Source: Neoechinorhynchus agilis (Eukaryota; Animalia; Acanthocephala). Taken from it: a stretch of 23,748 bases of DNA. This document shows positions 1 through 9,758 of this stretch, piece after piece. Position numbers and translations under genes: made by a program. How positions within the stretch are numbered: position 1 is the stretch's first letter; every line of letters begins with the position of its first letter. The stretch spans positions 1 through 23,748 of the forward strand of contig JBMGUZ010000041.1 of NCBI GenBank assembly GCA_051530055.1. Direction: 5' to 3'. The notes below the pieces were generated by a model that saw only the letters and a list, made by a program, of their open reading frames with translations, was not told where the DNA came from and did not search any database.

Positions 1-61
1 AGACGAACTTCGAACTTTTACCTTCAATAATTCAATCTTTTAGTTTTCATTATATCCCTCA

Positions 62-406
62 TTACGCGCCACCCCATTGGGCCGTTGTTATCACGCTTGC
101 CGTGTTGCCCCGTTGAATAGCCACACTCAAGCGTTGGATGAGGTAGTTCCTTTGTCTGTGATCTCCGCTGGCTTTTATGAGTAGTCGGCCTATCTCCGCG
201 CAAAATTTCTTTGCCGAAACTCCAAATGCCCCATTTGTCTCCACACCGAAAGGAAGGAATAGGTGAGTCTTTTCCAGCTCAGCGTATTTCGCTCTCTCCT
301 CCCCGACCGCCGTCGCAGCCCCTCCCGGTCCCGATATTGCATCACTTCGGCTGGAGGGTGCTAACGAATCGACGCATGTGGCGTCCCAGATAAGGCATTT
401 TCCTCC
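62..406 (-). mobile_element. 3' fragment of a CRE-type non-LTR retrotransposon (C-terminal part of the restriction-like endonuclease), inserted into the Gypsy integrase
   Basis: The last ~115 aa of ORF 62..1204 read GKCLIWDATCVDSLAPS...ERAKYAEL...FLPFGVETNGAFG...QRLSVAIQRGNTASV, matching the C-terminal REL region of CRE-clade elements. The switch from integrase (RSLLCTST) to CRE sequence is at ~406/407. Confidence 0.85.
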
Positions 407-1204
407 AGTAGAGGTACAAAGCAGCGATCTTAGATTTCCCAGAGCTTGTAACAACGCTTCGTCCCACTTTGTTATTGGCCAAGACTTGTCTTCCAATGTT
501 AGGAGGATCGTCTTCCAAAGGGTACCATTGAGACGTTCACATTGTCCATTGGCATGAGGACGATAGGAGGTTGTGTGACTTGAGCATATCCTTAGCGAAG
601 TTAGCCAATCGCGTAATGTTCTAGAGGTGAAGCAGGAGCCGCGATCAGAGTGGATAAAGGAGGGACATCCAAAGAGCGAGAATATTCGTTCGAGGCATAA
701 TTTGACGCTGTCAGCCGAGGTGTCCTTACAAGCGAATGCTATAGGGTAACGAGAAAACTCGTCTATTGCCACGAATAAATATTTGTATCCGTGCGTTGAC
801 GTTGGTAAGGGTCCTTTGAAGTCCACGGAGATTCTCTCCCAGGGCGCCATCGCTTTTATCAATTTCAAGCTCGATTGAGGTTTGAAAAAGCGAGGTTTCA
901 AGTGGCAGCAAATGGGACATTCTGCAGTGATCTTTCGCACGTCATTCAAATCGAACGGTAAGTTTTGCTGTCGAATGAAATGGAGTAGTCTAGTGTTTCC
1001 GGGATGGCCGAGAGACCGATGAACGTCTTTTAGTTTATTGAACGATATGTTCATTGACGCACATACATTTCTCGATAGTGCATCCGCACTCAAATTGTCT
1101 TTACCGGGTCGGAATCGGATACTATAGGAGAACATTGATAACTGTAGCTTCCACCGCAAAATCTTGTCGTTCCGGATCTTCCCGGCGTGTCGTTGATTTA
1201 GCAC
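407..1204 (-). pseudogene. Gypsy pol: end of RNase H plus integrase (HHCC zinc finger and DDE core)
   Basis: KIRNDKILRWKLQL...RPGKDNLSADALSR (RNase H end); HRSLGH...CPIC; SVDFKGP, HSDRGSCF, ANGQCERLNG. Confidence 0.93.
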
Positions 1205-2490
1205 AGCGATTAGCGGTTGGATTTTGCTGGAATAATTAGAAATCCACCGACTGTAATACGCAAAAAAATCCCAATAAACGCCTTAAGGTCGCTTTGTTCG
1301 TTGAAGTTCGGATTTCGTCCAAGGGTTTAAGCCGCGAACGATCTGGTTTCAGCTGTCCTGCGCCGATATCGTATCCTAATACTCGAATGGTTTCTTTGCA
1401 AAACGTACTCTTTGCTTCGTTCAACTTCAATTCGGCAAGCGATGTGACTTTTTTAAAACGGTTTAGATTGACATTGTGTTCTTCACGGGTTTTGTCACAT
1501 ACAATAACGTCGCCCAAATAGGCAAAGGTAGCTTTTAATTCGTTCCCATCGATTACGTGGTTCATGAATCTCTGAAAGGCGGCCACTCCATTTGTCACTC
1601 CCATGGGGATTCGCGTAAAGCGATAGAATTTTCCGCAAGCTTCGAAAGTTGTAAAATTGCGCTCTTTGATCTGTATAGGTACCTGATGGTAAGCGTCTTT
1701 TAGGTCTAAGTGGCTGAGATATCTATATTTTGTGATTTTATTTTGCAAGAGAGCTTAATTTGGGAAGCGGATAAGCGTCCAAGTACGTGATCCTATTAAT
1801 AGTCTGCGAAAAGTCAACGACAAGTCGCTTTTTCCCATTTTCGCGCTTGACGACAATAACTTGGGCTCGCCAAGGTGAGTTCGCGAGTTCTATGACTTGA
1901 TCTCGCAATAGTCGATTGATTTCTGCACGGATAAACGTTGAATTTTCTTCATTGTGCCTTCTCGACTTGGTTACGATCGGAGTCGTGTCTTCGCTCAAAT
2001 TCTCAAAGAGTAGGGGTGAATAGTGAGACTGCTTGGTATTGACCGATGCGATTCGCAGATCTAAACTTTCCATAGTTCCTCCCGGTTTTATCCGCATCTC
2101 AAAATGTAAGCCAATAAAAGGTATTCCAAGGATAACATCGGAACATAAATCGTTTAATAGAAACAATTCCACGTTCAAACAGTTTCTTTGTTCATACTGT
2201 ATGTCCACCAGGCATTTTCCCAACACTTTTCGAGACGAATTACCCGCGGCCATCAGGACGTTGAGATTAACAGGCGTGTAACGTATTCGTAGTTTTCGTG
2301 TCGCGCTCATATCGATGAAGTTTAAAACACTTCCAGTATCCACTAAAGCCGACATTTGACAATTTGAAACATTTATTGAGATTTGAACACGTTTGTCGGA
2401 CTGAGCTTCGAGATTGCTGGTCGCAAGAAAAATCGAAGATACGCTTTTATTCGTCAATTTTCCTTTAGTCTTACAAACCCTAGCAAATGG
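1205..2490 (-). pseudogene. Gypsy pol: aspartic protease and reverse transcriptase, frameshifted
   Basis: ALVDTGSVLNFI and SPWRAQVIVVKR...RLVVDFSQTIN...DAYPLP lie in ORF 1738..2535; LDLKDAYHQV...FAYLGDV lies in ORF 1236..1748. Single-base frameshifts occur near 1744 and in the A7 run at 1262-1268. Confidence 0.92.
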
Positions 2491-3311
2491 CCCTGCTGGG
2501 AGCAGCAGTAACAGACGGCCTCTTTCGCCGGGCACTGAAATCGAGGATTCCGTTTAAGTCCACAGAAATAGCACAGGTTAGTCCCGTTTCGTGACATTTT
2601 CGTTATTTTCGATGGCTGGGTATTTACGGTTGCGTCACATTCAACGGTTTCCAAAATGGAATCCGAGCTATAACCAGGATTGATGAAGCCGACAGAACCA
2701 ACCTCGGGTTTATGGTTGAAATGCGCCAAACTTTCCACCGCATTCTGCATAGATTTTGAGATCGCGATGGCTCTGTTAAGATCCCAATGCTCGTTCTCCA
2801 AAAGTCTTTGGCGGGTAGAGTCAGATCTCAGTCCAGCAATGAACGAATCACGAAGGAAATCGTCCCGAGCTTCCTCAGCGGACACATTTTTGAAATGACA
2901 ATTTTTAGCCAACGATCGGAGTGATTGAATAAATTGGTCGATATCTTCGTTGTCTGCCTGTTTTCGTATGGACAAGAAATACCTGGCCATGACTTCGTTG
3001 CTTTCTTTTAGGAATAAACGATCTAAAGTTTTCAGAGTATCATCTAGAGAGGTCTCCTCTTCGACGAATTCGTAAACGTCCGCGCTTATGTTCAGAAGTA
3101 GAGTGTCGATGGAAACACCTCCATCGATTGATTTCAGAAGGTGTTGGAAATTCCGTCTCCATAACTTGTACTTCTTCAACGCTCCCTCCTCGTGAGGCAA
3201 TACGTTGAATCGTTCAAGACGCCATGAAGGCTTCGAGACGTTGAGCTCGCTCGGTAGCGACAAATTATGGATCACCTTCTTGGAATCCATATCGGAATTG
3301 TTAGTCGTCAT
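2454..3311 (-). pseudogene. Gypsy gag (capsid-like region plus two CCHC-type zinc knuckles)
   Basis: 285-aa ORF with RDSFIAGL and CYFCGLKRNPRFQCPAKEAVCYCCSQQGH (Mag-type double knuckle, first His replaced by Asn). A 1-nt deletion near 2487 separates it from FARVCK in the protease frame. Confidence 0.88.
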
Positions 3312-3334
3312 AGGAATAGTTTTGTTTAATAAAT

Positions 3335-3471
3335 TGTGATGGCCCTTAGTTGGCTTTTGTTAAACAAAACGGGCACTAATGATGGATGCACGCACCGCAC
3401 GCACGTGGGAGGTTTTATATCGATGTAGCGCATAAATTAATTACGCGCATCGATCTATATCGCAATTCACA
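3335..3471 (-). repeat. 5' LTR of the Gypsy element (137 bp)
   Basis: On the minus strand it begins TGTGA and ends TCACA (5-bp terminal inverted repeat), contains TATAAAA and ends 23 nt before the gag ATG. The second LTR is not in the window, so identity cannot be confirmed. Confidence 0.72.
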
Positions 3472-3481
3472 TCACTCGTCA

Positions 3482-4494
3482 TTTTTTCGCCCCATCTCTA
3501 TCCTTCCCGCGCTCTCCAAGTCTTTGAAAAATGCTTTAAAGCGAGCCTCCTCCCCAATCTCCTAGCTAAACAATTTGGATTTCGCCCTAAATATTCAGCC
3601 ACAGATGTTCTACTCTGCATTTATGACGCGCTCATCTAAAATGTTGATTAACATCACAAGCTTATCGAAGCCTGTTCCGATTTCGGACTGGATGCTTGGA
3701 AAATTCGATGGCTCTTTTCATATTTGACAAGTCGAGCACAATACATAAAATGCAACGCCGCCACCTCAAAGACCATGCTACTATCAAAAGGTGTCCCAAA
3801 AGGAGCCATCCTTTCCCCACTCCTCTTCAACATCTTTCTTAACAGACTCAAACTCCTCTCGAGCGAAACCCGTCTATTCCTGTATGCCGACGACATAACC
3901 CTAGTCACCATTGTACCGGCAAACAAGTCACTGCCTGTTACCCTGGCTGAAATCTCAAACATTTCCGATTTCTGCGACGGCATGAAGTTATCGATCAATT
4001 TCTCGAAATCGTCTGCGATGATCCCGGCTCTTAAAGGAAACCCGTCTTTCTACGCACAACCATATCTACCGAATGCGACAAAACGCGTCGCTAACCTTCG
4101 AATTTTGGGCCTCCAGTTCCAACAAGACCTAAAATGGCATTCCCACGTCTCTTTAGCCATCAGAAAAAATAATTTCAAGACCTACCTCTTAAAACGCCTT
4201 CGTCGTTTTGGGGTGATCCCATCAGATCTAGCGAAATTTTATCTAGCTTACATTTACGCAAGCTAGAAGTTTTCCATAAGAGAGCTGTCAAAATTTGCTC
4301 CGGTGATTTTCTGTCCATGAAAGACACTCCTAACAATTTTCACAAAGCAGAGCAAACGCCTGATGTCCCATCCGCCGCGACTCGTTCCCCATATTACCCA
4401 CCCTCATAGAACGCGCAAGCCATCCTCCTTCAAACCGCGCAAATCGCGAACCAACACCTTCATTCCTTTTTTCCTGCTGCTCAGTCATATTTAA
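3482..4494 (+). mobile_element. Degenerate CR1/L2-group LINE ORF2 fragment (RT and C-terminal region)
   Basis: Across frameshifts and stops: RPISILPALSK, QFGFRPKYSATDVLL, GVPKGAILSPLLFNIF, LYADDITL, LRILGLQFQQDLKWHSHV, HKRAVKI and RTNTFIPFF, the typical ORF2 end. Confidence 0.85.
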
Positions 4495-5413
4495 ATAGTA
4501 ACTGAATCGGAGGAAAGAGCACAACCAACTATACTTCGGCAACCAAAGATACATGGGGCGGAACTCGCCGTCGCGTCGTCTGCGATAACGCCATTCCTTC
4601 CCCTTTCAACCGTCCGGGACATAAGTGGTACCGCGGAGATAGATATTTCTACCTGGTCTTTGAACACAAACCTATGCTGTGGCACTCTCAGTCGTGCTTT
4701 GAACATGGTGTGGCCCCGTAAAACCTTGACGAAAAGACCGTTCAGTTTTCCATATCTGTGGATTAACCCGCGATTGTCATCGATCAAAAATCATTCGCAG
4801 GTTATTTCATAAACCACGTTGCTTCAAGTGCAAATTGAATCTTGTCAACGATTTTTGTCCATGGACTTCCTCGGCGCATACGTACACATCAAGGACGATG
4901 CTGGAAAAGTTTCAGACATGACGTCCAGTTCTCGACCGGATTCGCCGAAGTGCCGGCGCGCTTCTATGGACAAACCGGACATCTATTCCTGAAACAAAGA
5001 TCCATTTGTTCTCTCTCGAGTGTGCATGAGGACCCAAATGTACATGGGTTCTCTTCATTGTGACTTTCTTCTAATAAAACGTGTTATTATTATCGGCCAC
5101 TACGTTCAATGTTTGTCGTTTCGTTGCATTCTATGCCAACTCAGAAGCCACCATTCCCAGGTCAAAGACGAATGTACATTTCGACTGATTGTATCAGTCA
5201 TTATCAATTCTATCTAAAAATTGCAGAGGAATTTGTCACAACACACACGACATGATTGCTCGTTTTGACCCGGAAACCCTCCCTGGGTGCATTTAGGTCA
5301 AATACAGGTAATTGGAGGGAAATGTTTGCTTTGTTCCCTTCCATCTTGTTGGCCATTTCATTGTGCATCGACTATTTTATACACGACCCAATCGACACAT
5401 GGAAAGCCCAGCA

Positions 5414-5607
5414 ATGACATTTATCAGAACTGAATACGTTGATGATTTTTGCTCTAATGTAATACGCAGGACCCTCGGAAATTCGAAATAACCGTTCGCC
5501 TATATCACAAGAGATCTCCGACTATCACTGACATACTCAAAAGAAAACCTCAGCAAAACATAAATTCCGACGTAGTATACCGCATCCTCTGCAACGACTG
5601 CGAAATC
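5414..5607 (+). mobile_element. Penelope-like element fragment (linker and start of the GIY-YIG endonuclease), truncated
   Basis: With one frameshift it reads EYVDDFCSNVIRRTL / KFEITVRLYHKRSPTITDILKRKPQQNINSDVVYRILCNDCE. This resembles the PLE pattern PY..G.SE.IRR.L...I.V......TL..LL...K....VVY.IPC..C. It stops before the YIG motif. Confidence 0.65.
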
Positions 5608-5735
5608 ATTCGTAGGTGGGATTGTTAGTTTGTGAGGTTTGGTCTTTCCTCCGGTTCACGATGTTTTGAATTTTTATGTTCAAACATATATTTAAAGTTG
5701 TTTCGTTTTTGTGGTAGAATTGTTTTTGGTCCGTT

Positions 5736-5997
5736 AGTTGATTTTGGTTGGTTAATTTGTAGTTGTTGTTTTCCGCTCTTTCCTCCGAATCAATTCGCAT
5801 TTGGAGGATTGAGCAGTGGGGAAGAAAGATCGGAAGTAGAGATTTGCGCGAGGAACTGAAGGATGGAAAATGTTGGGGCGACGCGAGTGTTGTAGGTGTG
5901 AGCAAAAGGAGAAATTTGTGGTAGAAATTGAAGAAGAGGAAGAGAATGAAGGCGCTTTGAGTGTTTGTGAAAGATTAGAGAGAGGTGTTTTTCTAAG
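5736..5997 (-). repeat. Dispersed repeat, copy 1 (inverted relative to 8202-8451)
   Basis: Its reverse complement aligns to 8202-8451 at roughly 90% identity by eye, with a ~13-nt insertion (gaaaatgttgggg) in this copy. The ORF track shows shared peptides. Confidence 0.9.
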
Positions 5998-6269
5998 AAC
6001 GCGATTTCGGAGGGGCAGATTAGAGCGCACCTCTTGTGAAATGTCTTAAGTTTTTAGAATAGTTTGGAAGAAAATTTGCAGAAGGTTAGATATCGATAGA
6101 TTCGACGATAAAGCTTGTGATTTGACATCCTTTAGGAAAAAGCAGCAGGAGCAAACTTAGGAATTTAAAATCAGCTCTACGCTCAATCACACTTTTTCTG
6201 CATGGGTCAACTTACAACAATAACCGATGGTGATTTCGCATAGAGAAAAGCTAAGACTGCTCTGTGAGA

Positions 6270-7200
6270 GATCCTCGAAATTGAAAAACCACGAGACAGT
6301 AAAAACTGCCTGTACATTCCGAAGCTTCTCCACGAGCTAAGAGTTGTCAAAAACTCGATAGCCTTTTTCGCGAGCAGCTTTCGCTTAACATTGCGCGTCG
6401 TGATAATTCCGTGATCACTTGTGAAAAGACAAGCGCACTTTTCGTTTGGTCGGCTAAACCTGGATTATCCGAGGCACCAGAAATGAACAGCAAAGAGTCA
6501 TCATGGGATTTCCCGATAGCTCAAATGGTCAACAAATCACAAAAAGCAAAATGAACGAGAAGTTCCGGATGAAGCTGATCGCACGCTCAACAAAGGAGTC
6601 TGGCATGTAACTTGAAGCGATTCTATCAGCGCAATTTTTGAACTCCGTTGGACGACGAAACGCTTCGAATCGCATCATGCCCGATCATTTTTAATGCAAT
6701 CTTTCGATTGCTGATGACAGTATAAGCCTCTAGACCCTTTGGTACGAAGATTTAACTTTTTTTACTTCAGGGCATACTAGAGTTATTGTGTAGCCGATCA
6801 GCAGTAAGTTTACCGAGAAACACAGAAACCAACATCGAACGCTGACTTCGATTCATGTTCCCAATAAATTATAGCTTACCAATTTTTACAGATCAGATAA
6901 CAAGCGTCCTGATGGTGTGACTGTTTTTCCTTGGACCCGAGGAAAATGGCTCTTATGAGACGCGATTTGCGCGGAAACATTGGCCAAGTCCAACGCCACG
7001 AGGAAGGGTCCGGAATCAGTGGCGACAGCAGCCTAAAATATAGAGCTGCTCGCAAATTTTAACTTTGACCCCTTCGGAGTGGAGGGCTCCGTAAAAGCCG
7101 GCGTTGAAACTGATCAGCGAGATCAGAAACGTATGGGACTATCACGGAGGACCGCTAGAATATTCCAATCCAGCTAGGTAATACCGTCATCTTAAGGAGA
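6270..7200 (+). mobile_element. Highly decayed CRE-type non-LTR retrotransposon 3' region
   Basis: Relic motifs LYIPKLLHELR, SWDFPI, STKESGM*LEA, PLDDETLRIA, SDNKRPDGVTVFPWTRGKWLL*DAICAETLAKS, FDPFGVE and IQLGNT. Confidence 0.75.
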
Positions 7201-7599
7201 TGACTGCTGCACTGATTTGATTCGCGGTAGAAGGAAGGCTTAAAACTAAGAAGGAAGAATTTTTAACTAATTGAAATTGTATGATATCAATTTAATTTCC
7301 TTTTCTCATTTTATCATACAGATGAGAAAGTCTACTCTTAGTTGGATGCATCTCTAATCAAAAAAGAATTTTAATGTCATGATTAGATGAGCTGAGAGAT
7401 GATTATGGTGATTTTTGCCACGGAAAAGTTTCGTCGAAAAACGAAGATTTGTTGGCATAGAAACAAAATAGCTGAGTTCAATAAAGAGTTAGAGATACAT
7501 TGAAGGATTTTTCACAATTGAACTTTGCGCCGTTTTGACAAAATGACGTCGAAAGCGGCGACGTGCTAACATCTCGAGAAATTACCTCGAAATTCTTCC

Positions 7600-8201
7600 C
7601 CTCAATCCGACCCCGAACTCGTAGGCCCTCTTACCCTCATCGCAAATTACAGCTTTTTCGGTCTTTTCGCGATGCTCGGCGACAAATACTTCTCCCTCTA
7701 TTTAAGAGCGGCGAATTTTTATGTTGCTGGCTGCGAATGGCGTCCCAGAGAAGGTATTTGCGTTCCCTCGGCACGGGAATATTGTGACACCGTCGATGGA
7801 CTTCGAGTCGGCAAAGTTTGAAAGTCTTTGGGATGTTGGGCACATTCACAGTATTCTAAGAATTACGTTCACTTCGGCGTGTCGTGAGTACCTCCCGCCT
7901 TATTGCCGACAAACGATGGCGTCGAAGGCTCAGAGACACTGCGATCCTTACTGTCTCGTCGGAGAGAAGGGCACCCGCAGAAGCGATTGGGAGAGCGTTG
8001 AGCCAAGCACCCGATTCTCTTGTAGAGATTGCCGACAATCGAGTTCGGTTCACCAGGTCACGAGAATCTGAAATTAAAGAGTTATGAATTCTAGCGACGA
8101 GGGGTGAGTCCCAAACTGATTGTTTGCAACCATTGACGGGTACCCTGCTCGCTACCGGAATCTTCGCACCAAAGATTGAGAACCTCCTTCGAACTTGTTG
8201 C
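7600..8201 (-). mobile_element. Decayed CRE-type non-LTR retrotransposon 3' region
   Basis: QSVWDSPLV...RLSAISTRESGAWLNALPIASAGALLSDETVRIAVSL, then in shifted frames RYSRHAEVNVIL, DSKSIDGVTIFP and KYLLWDA. Confidence 0.82.
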
Positions 8202-8451
8202 CTTAGAAAAACACCTCTCTCTAATCTTTCACAAACACTCAAAGCACCTTCATTCTCTCCCTCCTCTTCAATTTCTACCACAAATTTCTCCTTTTGCTCA
8301 CACTTACAACACTTGCGTCGCATCCTTCAGTTCCTCGCGCAAATCTCTACTTCCGATCTTTCTTCCCCACTGCTCAATCCTCCAAATGCAAATTGATTCG
8401 GGGGAAAGAGCGGAAACCAACAAGTACAAAATTAACCAACCAAAATCAACT
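8202..8451 (+). repeat. Dispersed repeat, copy 2 (inverted relative to 5736-5997)
   Basis: cttagaaaaacacctctctctaatc...caaaatcaact matches the reverse complement of 5736-5997. Confidence 0.9.
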
Positions 8452-8666
8452 TACCTAAGGTACACGGTTCGGTGACTTATGCTTTTTCCTCTTTTTATTA
8501 TATAATTAAAGTGTTTGCTAAAATATTGGTCCCCTTTGCTAAATGAGATGTGAGCAATCACAGAGACTTTGCCATTGTAGTTCAATCGACGTCGAAATGC
8601 ATCTCTTTAATGCTTATGGAGACTTCTACACTTTACGTACTTATAAAGTTCCTCTTCATTTTAGAG

Positions 8667-9046
8667 ATGTCATCATTTGTATTCGGACAAAAGCTAAGCA
8701 AAGTAAAACCACCGGAACGAGGATCATTTCCCCTTGATCGATCGGGTGCGCTTCTTGCTCATAATAAGAAAAATGATTTAAAAAAGTACAGGACAATGTA
8801 AATCAAATGCTAGGATGTATCTTCAATGCATGGCCGACTCAAGAAATCAATTTGAAAAGTGCAAATCATTAGCGAGAGATTATCTTGAATGCAGAATGGC
8901 GAAGTATGTTTGATTTCTATGTTTTTGATTGCACATTTATTAGAAATTTAATGAAAGGAGAAAATCTTGATAGATTGGGATTTTCAAGCACCATCTTAAA
9001 GAAATCAAACAGTGATGTCGAAAACAATGCAGTCGCACAAAGTTAA
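8667..9046 (+). CDS. COX19: Cytochrome c oxidase assembly protein COX19 (twin CX9C); exons 8667-8745, 8792-8903, 8944-9046; 97 aa
   Basis: Spliced product MSSFVFGQKLSKVKPPERGSFPLDRSGQCKSNARMYLQCMADSRNQFEKCKSLARDYLECRMAKNLMKGENLDRLGF... contains PP.RGSFPLD, two CX9C motifs and YLECRM..LM....L..LGF. GT-AG introns of 46 and 40 nt give 294 nt in frame. AATAAA overlaps the stop (9045-9050). Confidence 0.95.
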
Positions 9047-9488
9047 TAAATCACCGTTGAATACGTGGTGATTTAAGAAAGGAAAGGCGATTGGAAATTG
9101 AGCTAATAACCAATTTTCGTCTTATGAGCATTGTCGATGAATATACGAAGGTTGTTTCATAAGTTTTGCGATAATTTTAAATAACTCGAAGATGGGTTGA
9201 TATTATCCAAAAAATAATCCTTCGGTGCTGTTCAACATATTTTTTTGTGACATTTTAATGTTAGCGCAGTGTAATTTCCCAAAAGACTCACAGTGAAGTA
9301 GGGCCTAATGAGGCGGAGCTCTGCCTGCAGTTGCGAGAGAACAATTGAAAAAATACATTCATACGGCGACTGCAGGTGACTTGATCGGAAGATTTATTAA
9401 ACAACTCTCGAGTTTTTAAGTAAGGCATAAGTATTTTCAGCTGTCCTTTTTTATTTCTGGAATTTTTAAAATACGTGCATCTCGGCAA

Positions 9489-9758
9489 TTACGTTATGGA
9501 GCATCCATCCTGATTCCCTCCATACTGACCAGGTGAGGAGTATGTTTGGCAACCATATCGCGGATAATTGTAACCTTGATAGTATCCATAGCTTGGATAT
9601 CTCTGTCCATGGTGCTGTCCATGGTGCCCATGGTGTCCATGGTGCCCATGTTGTCCACGGTAGCCACCATAATACATTCCAGGGTATACAGCGGGTAAGG
9701 CAGAAAAGTTGCCAGAAGAGCTTCTACGCATGACTTCAACAGGATTTCTAGTTTTTCT
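9489..9758 (-). CDS. Gly/Tyr/His-rich low-complexity peptide, probably the last exon of an unidentified gene
   Basis: Frame ...NPVEVMRRSSSG...YYGGYRGQHGHHGHHGHHGQHHGQRYPSYGYYQGYNYPRYGC...GCSIT*. Acceptor-like AG dinucleotides lie at 9759-9760 and 9748-9749. AATAAA lies ~35 nt past the stop (9450-9455). Confidence 0.6.
   Translation of the reverse strand, partial: RKTRNPVEVMRRSSSGNFSALPAVYPGMYYGGYRGQHGHHGHHGHHGQHHGQRYPSYGYYQGYNYPRYGCQTYSSPGQYGGNQDGCSIT

Larger units (their letters stand above)
407..3471 (-). mobile_element. Decayed Ty3/Gypsy LTR retrotransposon (Mag-like), 5' LTR-gag-protease-RT-(RNase H largely deleted)-integrase, interrupted at 407
   Basis: Gag with paired zinc knuckles, protease LVDTGS, RT motifs (DAYPLP, LDLKDAYHQV, PMGVTNG, YLGD) and integrase HHCC plus D-D-E all lie in Gypsy order. 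An LTR bounded by TGTGA...TCACA lies upstream of gag. Confidence 0.95.

Noticed and set aside
2484-2492. Programmed gag-pol frameshift
   Set aside because: The shift falls inside the second zinc knuckle (GH|FARVC) with no slippery heptamer. The element has other decay frameshifts, so a 1-nt deletion is the simpler explanation.
211-3998. Small ORFs antisense to the Gypsy and LINE coding regions, and those overlapping the ZMYM exon
   Set aside because: They are shadow frames of real coding sequence with no recognisable motifs.
4500-5260. Short ORFs, including a kinase-like YFYLVFEH peptide
   Set aside because: There are no other kinase motifs and no consistent exon chain; left unassigned.
7388-7480. 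Candidate solo C/D snoRNA (ATGATTA at 7399, CTGA at 7472, AACAAAATAG complementary to 18S CUAUUUUGUU)
   Set aside because: The C box is degenerate, the terminal stem is poor, the match is only 10 AT-rich nt, and D+5 does not land on a 2'-O-methyl site I know. A snoscan run would settle it.
5736-8451. Composite DNA transposon with 250-bp TIRs
   Set aside because: There is no target-site duplication or transposase, the arms differ in length and indels, and the interior is unrelated CRE debris.
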